A stretch of DNA of 64,000 nt from Eubacteriales bacterium (GTDB lineage Bacteria; Bacillota; Clostridia; Oscillospirales; CAG-272), in assembly GCA_045586515.1 (NCBI GenBank), contig JAZNAM010000087.1, forward strand, positions 11,501 through 75,500, given 5' to 3'. Shown piece by piece: positions 59,529-64,000 of this stretch (position 1 is the stretch's first letter; each line of letters begins with the position of its first letter). Under the pieces are notes generated by a model, which did not search any database, was not told the origin of the DNA, and worked only from the letters and a program-made list of their open reading frames with translations. A program made the position numbers and the translations under genes.

Positions 59529-61361
59529 TTAATCTGTAAGAATAACGTGATATTCCTCAAACCAATCGTCTAGCTGACACAGCCATGCCAGTAGTTGTGG
59601 GCGCGCCATAAGTTGCCCAAACCAAGTGTTGTTTTCGCCGTGCAGTAGTTCGTCAAGGCGACGACGATCAAGATAATTTGCCAAGAAACCGTCTGTTCGT
59701 TCCAAACGCCGTGTTAGCATAAGGTATACGAGCCGCTCGTAATCGGGGTTGTGCGTTTTGGGATACGGGCTCTTTTTTCGCCAGAGCACGCGATCGGGTA
59801 AATAGTCTCTCATTGCGTGACGCAAGAGCGATTTTTCTACACCGTTTCCATACTTAATGCGCCATGGCACATTGAAAACGTATTCCAAAATACGGTGATC
59901 GGCAAAGGGAACGCGCACCTCTACGGCGCTGTACATGCTCATGCGATCCTTCCGCGCGAGCAGATTCGTCATAAAATAGCGAGTCGAAAGCCAAGTGGCA
60001 ATGCGCGCGGTGCGATCCTCCGCACACTCTCCGTCGAGAACCGGACAGTCATCGCGACTTTCCCGACACACTTCGCGCAGATAGGCGAGCCCCTGGTCAG
60101 CATGCGTTATTTTACTGTCGAAAAGGGAAATGCGCGAGGTTGGATCGTGCAACCATGGGAAGAAATCACGCGTAAGCATTTCTGGACGGTAAAACCATGG
60201 GTAGCCGCCGAAGATCTCGTCGGAACACTCTCCCGACAAAAGAACGGTGTGGCGCTGTTTGATCTGCGAGCAGAACCAGAGCAGGGAAGAATCAATGTCT
60301 GCTTGCCCCGGAAGATCACGTGCGCGTACTGCCAAAGGCAACGCGCTTGCGACCGCTTCGGTGGGCGCGGTGAGCACCGTGTGATCCGTGCCAAGTTCTT
60401 CGGCAAGTTGCGCGGCGTAGGCATCGTCGCCCTGCGGTTGAAAAAGTGTTGCCTTAAAATGCTCACGGTTTCCTTCGTATTCAAAGGAGTAGGTGGAAAG
60501 ACGTTCCCCACGTTCGTCAAGCGCCTTGGCCGCAACAGCGGTGATGGCAGAGGAATCTAATCCGCCGGAGAGTAGTACGGCAAGCGGCACGTCGCTGCCA
60601 AGTTGACGGCGCACCGCATCACAGAAAAGCTCACGTACCGTGGCGGCCGCCGTTTGCTGATCATCCTTGCAAGGGACAGCCTCAAGACGCCAGTAAGGCC
60701 ATGTGAAAAAGCCTTTTGCGGAAAGTCGTGCGGCGTGAGCGGGCAAGAGCTCGTGTATGTGTTTGAATACGCCACTGCCGGGGAGCGTTACGGGAGTCAG
60801 GTATAGGAGTTGCCAAAGCCCTTCTCTTGACACTTCGGGGGCGATCTCGTCGTGCGCAAGTAGTCCCTTTATTTCAGAGGAAAAGTAGAATTTAGTGCCG
60901 ATACGGGCATAGAAAAATGGTTTTACCCCCAACCGATCGCGCGCGAAGAATACGTGCTCTTTTACAGGGTCATGCACGGCGAAGGCAAAGATGCCGTTTA
61001 AATGACGCGGGCAATCTTCGCCGAACAAAATGTAACTCCACAGCACAATTTCGGTATCGCAGGACGTGCGGAAAGTTGCGCCCTTTGCCAGCAATTCATA
61101 GCGCAACTCTGTGCAGTTGTATATTTCGCCGTTGTAGACGATGGTATAGAGCGCACCCTTATATTCCAGTTGCATCGGTTGTGCCCCGCGCGCGGGATCC
61201 ATTACCGCCAACCGGTTGTGGTAAAAACCGACAGACGGAGCAAAGAAAGTGCCGCTTGCGTCCGGACCTCGCTTGGAGAGACTTTGCCCCGCCTTGCAAA
61301 TCGCCTCCTCTGCGGGGAAACGCGGATCATCAAAGTCAATATAGCCGTTGATTGAACACAT
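59529..61361 (-). CDS. asnB: Asparagine synthase (glutamine-hydrolysing)
   Basis: N-terminal Cys2 nucleophile (MCSINGY), HNRLAVMD, PP-loop LLSGGLDSS. 610 aa. RBS GAGGTGA. Confidence 0.9.
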   Translation of the reverse strand: MCSINGYIDFDDPRFPAEEAICKAGQSLSKRGPDASGTFFAPSVGFYHNRLAVMDPARGAQPMQLEYKGALYTIVYNGEIYNCTELRYELLAKGATFRTSCDTEIVLWSYILFGEDCPRHLNGIFAFAVHDPVKEHVFFARDRLGVKPFFYARIGTKFYFSSEIKGLLAHDEIAPEVSREGLWQLLYLTPVTLPGSGVFKHIHELLPAHAARLSAKGFFTWPYWRLEAVPCKDDQQTAAATVRELFCDAVRRQLGSDVPLAVLLSGGLDSSAITAVAAKALDERGERLSTYSFEYEGNREHFKATLFQPQGDDAYAAQLAEELGTDHTVLTAPTEAVASALPLAVRARDLPGQADIDSSLLWFCSQIKQRHTVLLSGECSDEIFGGYPWFYRPEMLTRDFFPWLHDPTSRISLFDSKITHADQGLAYLREVCRESRDDCPVLDGECAEDRTARIATWLSTRYFMTNLLARKDRMSMYSAVEVRVPFADHRILEYVFNVPWRIKYGNGVEKSLLRHAMRDYLPDRVLWRKKSPYPKTHNPDYERLVYLMLTRRLERTDGFLANYLDRRRLDELLHGENNTWFGQLMARPQLLAWLCQLDDWFEEYHVILTD

Positions 61362-61453
61362 AGTATCACCTCGCTATTATGCTATGAGCGCAACAGATGC
61401 GCGGTGCATACAATGAAAACAGGACGCGAGTCCCGCAGGAAGGAGTGTGCTAC

Positions 61454-61537
61454 ATGAAGATCGTGTTAATGAAGCCGCCGGGATTTCTGGCACCGATTTT
61501 GCGCCGCGCGTTCGGTATTCCGAAGCGCAGGATATGA
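61454..61537 (+). CDS. spoVM: SpoVM-like stage V sporulation mini-protein (27 aa)
   Basis: Hand-found. RBS GGAAGGAG lies 7 nt upstream. The product MKIVLMKPPGFLAPILRRAFGIPKRRI resembles B. subtilis SpoVM MKFYTIKLPKFLGGIVRAMLGSFRKD in length and MK..-.K.P.FL..I.R...G pattern. A strong terminator follows. Confidence 0.6.
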   Translation: MKIVLMKPPGFLAPILRRAFGIPKRRI

Positions 61538-61542
61538 AAAAG

Positions 61543-61575
61543 GCGCCTCCGCTTTCGAGCGGAGGCGCAATTTTT
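61543..61575 (+). terminator. Intrinsic terminator after the spoVM-like gene
   Basis: 11-bp stem GCGCCTCCGCT/AGCGGAGGCGC, TTCG loop, AATTTTT. Confidence 0.88.
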
Positions 61576-61628
61576 ACCTAAAAAACAATAAAATGTTACA
61601 ATTTCCACTTGTTTTTTTAAAGTTATAC

Positions 61629-61657
61629 TTGCAATGCGCGCGAATATATGTTACAAT
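61629..61657 (+). promoter_or_regulatory. Sigma-A type promoter of the V-ATPase operon
   Basis: TTGCAA 61629-34, 17-nt spacer, TACAAT 61652-57. Confidence 0.65.
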
Positions 61658-61690
61658 AGACATAGTAATATTTTTAAGGACGGTGAAAAC

Positions 61691-62011
61691 ATGACGCATG
61701 AAGCAATCGGGCAGGTGCTTGCCGCCGAAGAACAAGCTGAAGTGCTTTGCCGCGTATCGTTGGAGCGCGCCGCTGAAATGAAATCCGAGATGGAAAAAAG
61801 CGCCGCTGCTCATCTTTCCGAGGTCGTTGATCAGATCAAGGCCACATACGAAGAAAGATTGAGCGAGATCAAGGTTGGCACTGCCGCGCTTCTGGAAAGA
61901 AAGCGTATTGCCGCAGAAGCTGAAGCCGCTGAGGTTCGTGAAAGAGCCGAGAAAAAAGTAGAGAGAGCCATTAATTTGATGGTCTGGGGGATTGTAGAAA
62001 AATGCCAGTAA
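61691..62011 (+). CDS. V-type ATPase small coiled-coil (peripheral stalk, G/H-like) subunit
   Basis: 106-aa Ala/Glu-rich helical protein immediately upstream of, and overlapping, the subunit I gene. Start at the ATG at 61691 (MTHEAIGQVLAAEEQAE). Confidence 0.55.
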   Translation: MTHEAIGQVLAAEEQAEVLCRVSLERAAEMKSEMEKSAAAHLSEVVDQIKATYEERLSEIKVGTAALLERKRIAAEAEAAEVRERAEKKVERAINLMVWGIVEKCQ

Positions 62012-63957
62012 GCAAGATGGAAAAACTGACGATCATCGTGCAGCATCAGCGTGTTGACGCACTTTTGGAGCGTCTTATGCGCTTGCGCTGTGTCGATCTG
62101 ATCGACATGCCGTGCGAGCCCAACAAGCTTTCCAGCTATGGTGAGCATGCAAATGTTGCTGCAGCTATGGCAGAGGCAGAGCGTATTGATGCTGTTTTGC
62201 CTTCGCTTTACGCACACGCGCCGCACAAGCGCAAATTCTTCCGCGCACTGCCCAAGGTAAAGCACGCCGATTTCCGCATCGACGGCCGTATGGAACGTGC
62301 CAACAATGTGGTAAGCGACGCGGAGCGTATCATTGCCGAAAAGCAGGCGCTGAACGATGAGCGCGACGGCAAGCTTGCAGAGATGAAAACGTATACGCCT
62401 TATCTTGGTTGGGAGAAGCCTCTTGATTACGACGGCGATGCGACGACCTCTCTGATCCTTGGTGTATTTCCTGCCAAGACTTCTCGCACCAACGTAGTAC
62501 AGACGATTACGGATCGCGCTGCGATGGTACGCATCATCAGCGAGGATGTAAAGGGATTGTACGTAGCGATCATGGTGCACCGTGATGAACGAGAAGCAAC
62601 CATGCGTTCTCTTGCGAAGATCGGCTTTATGACCGTAAAACTGCCTCGTGTCAAGGCAACTGCCAAGACGCTGTTTGATCAGGCGGACAAGGAGCGTGCC
62701 GAGCTTGAAGTGAAACTTGCGCGCCTTGAGCGTCGCCTGGCAACGCTTGCAGAGCATGTGCGCGACGTTGAGATCCTCTCGGATATTGCACATACGCAAC
62801 TTCTCGCCGAGAAGCAAAAGCATCACCTCGGCAGTACCGCAAACTGTGCCGTTTTGTCTGCATGGTGCCCTGTAGAGGAGAAGGAGCGAGTGACCGGCGT
62901 GCTGGAGCGTATGGAAGTTGCTTACGAGTTTGAGCAGCCCCTCACCAGCGACAAGCCCCCGATGCACTTGTCTAATCCTCGCGTGATTCAGCCCTTCGAG
63001 CGCGTGCTTGGTACGTACGCATATCCCGTGTACGGCAAATTCGAGCCTACGCTGATTCTCGCCCTTATGTTCTGCCTTGCATTTGGCTTGATGTTCCCTG
63101 ATGCGGGCTATGGTCTTATTATGGCTGTTGGAGCATTCCTTGTGATGCATTTCTGCCGTATCCCGAATTTCCTCAAGCGCTTCTTCTTCGTGATGGGCTG
63201 TTGTGGATTGTTCTCGGTGGTGTTCGGTGTGTTGCTCGGTTCGTATTTTGGCCCAGGCGTGTTCTTTGGCAAAATCGCTCCGCTTACCTTCCTGCCTGAT
63301 AGCATTGTTGCTGTTTTGGAGAAGTTCCAACCTGTCAAGAATCCTGCCGTCCCCGTTGTGCTTACGTTGATCATCGGCACGCTTCATGTGGCGGTTGGTC
63401 AGGTGCTTGCCATTATTTCTCTGCTTCGTCAGAAGATGGTGAAGAAAGCACTGCTTGACGAGCTACCTTACCTCGTGTTCTCGCTTTCCGTGATCACCGT
63501 AATGTTTTACTGGCTTGCAGGTGTAATTGCACTGGGCGCCAGCTTGCTTGCGATTTTGCTCACGCAAGGTTTGCAGGAGAAGGGCTTTAAGGGCAAGATG
63601 CTCGGCGCGGTTTGGGGCCTTGTGGGCATGCTTCGCTACATTGGCATGTTCTTCTCTTACTCGCGCGCCTTTGTGCTGTGCGCAGTAAGCGCACTGTTCG
63701 GCTTGCTTTGCTTCTTCCTGCCTCAGTTTGCAAGCTTCCCCTTTGCGATGCTTCTGGTGATGCTGCTTGCTTTCTTTGGCGGTTATCTGGCGTGCAAGGC
63801 GATTAACGTCCTGTTTGGTGCCGCTCGTTTGAACGGTCTTAAATACGTTGACTTTGCAGGTAAGTTCTACCGCGATGCTAACCCTGAGTTCCGTCCCCTT
63901 GCGCCCGAAGGACGCTTTGCAGAGGATGTTTCTCCCGTAGAGAGCAATTCGTTTTAA
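62002..63957 (+). CDS. ntpI: V-type ATP synthase subunit I
   Basis: MPVSKMEKLTIIV... N-terminus is typical of NtpI. Cytoplasmic coiled-coil half plus a C-terminal multi-TM half. 651 aa. Confidence 0.85.
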   Translation: MPVSKMEKLTIIVQHQRVDALLERLMRLRCVDLIDMPCEPNKLSSYGEHANVAAAMAEAERIDAVLPSLYAHAPHKRKFFRALPKVKHADFRIDGRMERANNVVSDAERIIAEKQALNDERDGKLAEMKTYTPYLGWEKPLDYDGDATTSLILGVFPAKTSRTNVVQTITDRAAMVRIISEDVKGLYVAIMVHRDEREATMRSLAKIGFMTVKLPRVKATAKTLFDQADKERAELEVKLARLERRLATLAEHVRDVEILSDIAHTQLLAEKQKHHLGSTANCAVLSAWCPVEEKERVTGVLERMEVAYEFEQPLTSDKPPMHLSNPRVIQPFERVLGTYAYPVYGKFEPTLILALMFCLAFGLMFPDAGYGLIMAVGAFLVMHFCRIPNFLKRFFFVMGCCGLFSVVFGVLLGSYFGPGVFFGKIAPLTFLPDSIVAVLEKFQPVKNPAVPVVLTLIIGTLHVAVGQVLAIISLLRQKMVKKALLDELPYLVFSLSVITVMFYWLAGVIALGASLLAILLTQGLQEKGFKGKMLGAVWGLVGMLRYIGMFFSYSRAFVLCAVSALFGLLCFFLPQFASFPFAMLLVMLLAFFGGYLACKAINVLFGAARLNGLKYVDFAGKFYRDANPEFRPLAPEGRFAEDVSPVESNSF

Positions 63958-63972
63958 TGAGGTAATAACGAT

Positions 63973-64000
63973 ATGATCGGACTTGATAAAATTACGGAAC
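63973..64000 (+). CDS. Probable start of V-type ATPase proteolipid subunit K (truncated by the window end)
   Basis: ATG after RBS GAGGT, in the position expected for ntpK. Only 9 codons are visible (MIGLDKITE). Confidence 0.35.

Overview
This 64-kb window looks like chromosomal DNA from a moderately GC-rich, endospore-forming Firmicute (Clostridia-like). GC content was judged by eye, not computed. The taxonomic guess rests on a spoVM-like mini-gene, a V-type ATPase operon, GlpP, a DegV/DAK2 (FakB/FakA-type) pair and a lipoprotein-type YidC. All calls come from reading the ORF track and the raw sequence and from remembered family motifs. No database search was run.

I call about 60 protein genes:
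- the rpmH-rnpA-yidD-yidC-jag-mnmE block;
- an ArsR/SdpR-SdpI-ABC module;
- an FGGY ribulokinase followed by three unknown envelope genes;
- an MBOAT-CDF-acyltransferase string;
- a Ca-type P-type ATPase;
- a glpP-led glycerol-3-phosphate oxidoreductase operon;
- thiI plus two CobW-type GTPases;
- a solitary mazF, and fba;
- a 1071-aa fused MacB-type ABC protein;
- a GH20 hexosaminidase;
- a GldA/F/G-like ABC system with DUF4340;
- asnB and the start of a V-ATPase operon.

I also call four single-gene tRNA units (Thr-CGT, Gln-CTG, Arg-CCG, Arg-ACG) and two glycine-riboswitch aptamer cores with a terminator platform upstream of an intact sodium:alanine/glycine symporter. A second symporter paralogue is broken by two 1-nt deletions. 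A decayed tRNA-Gln copy sits beside the functional one. Many near-consensus TTGACA-N17-TATAAT promoters and intrinsic terminators are visible. Three genes below the ORF-track length cutoff were found by hand: rpmH, a spoVM-like gene and a 59-aa Cys-rich protein.

I saw no CRISPR array, transposase, integrase, phage genes or recognisable multi-gene defence system.

Nothing here is demonstrably a new system. The best candidates for a second look are:
1. the thiI-linked pair of CobW/G3E GTPases, one with a roughly 84-aa His/Cys tandem-repeat linker and one lacking CXCC and ending in a DUF1980-C-like double-Cys domain;
2. the glycine riboswitch, whose two aptamer cores are separated by an unusually long, apparently structured insert of about 150 nt;
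3. the ribulokinase translationally coupled to three unknown envelope proteins;
4. the antitoxin-less, C-terminally extended MazF.
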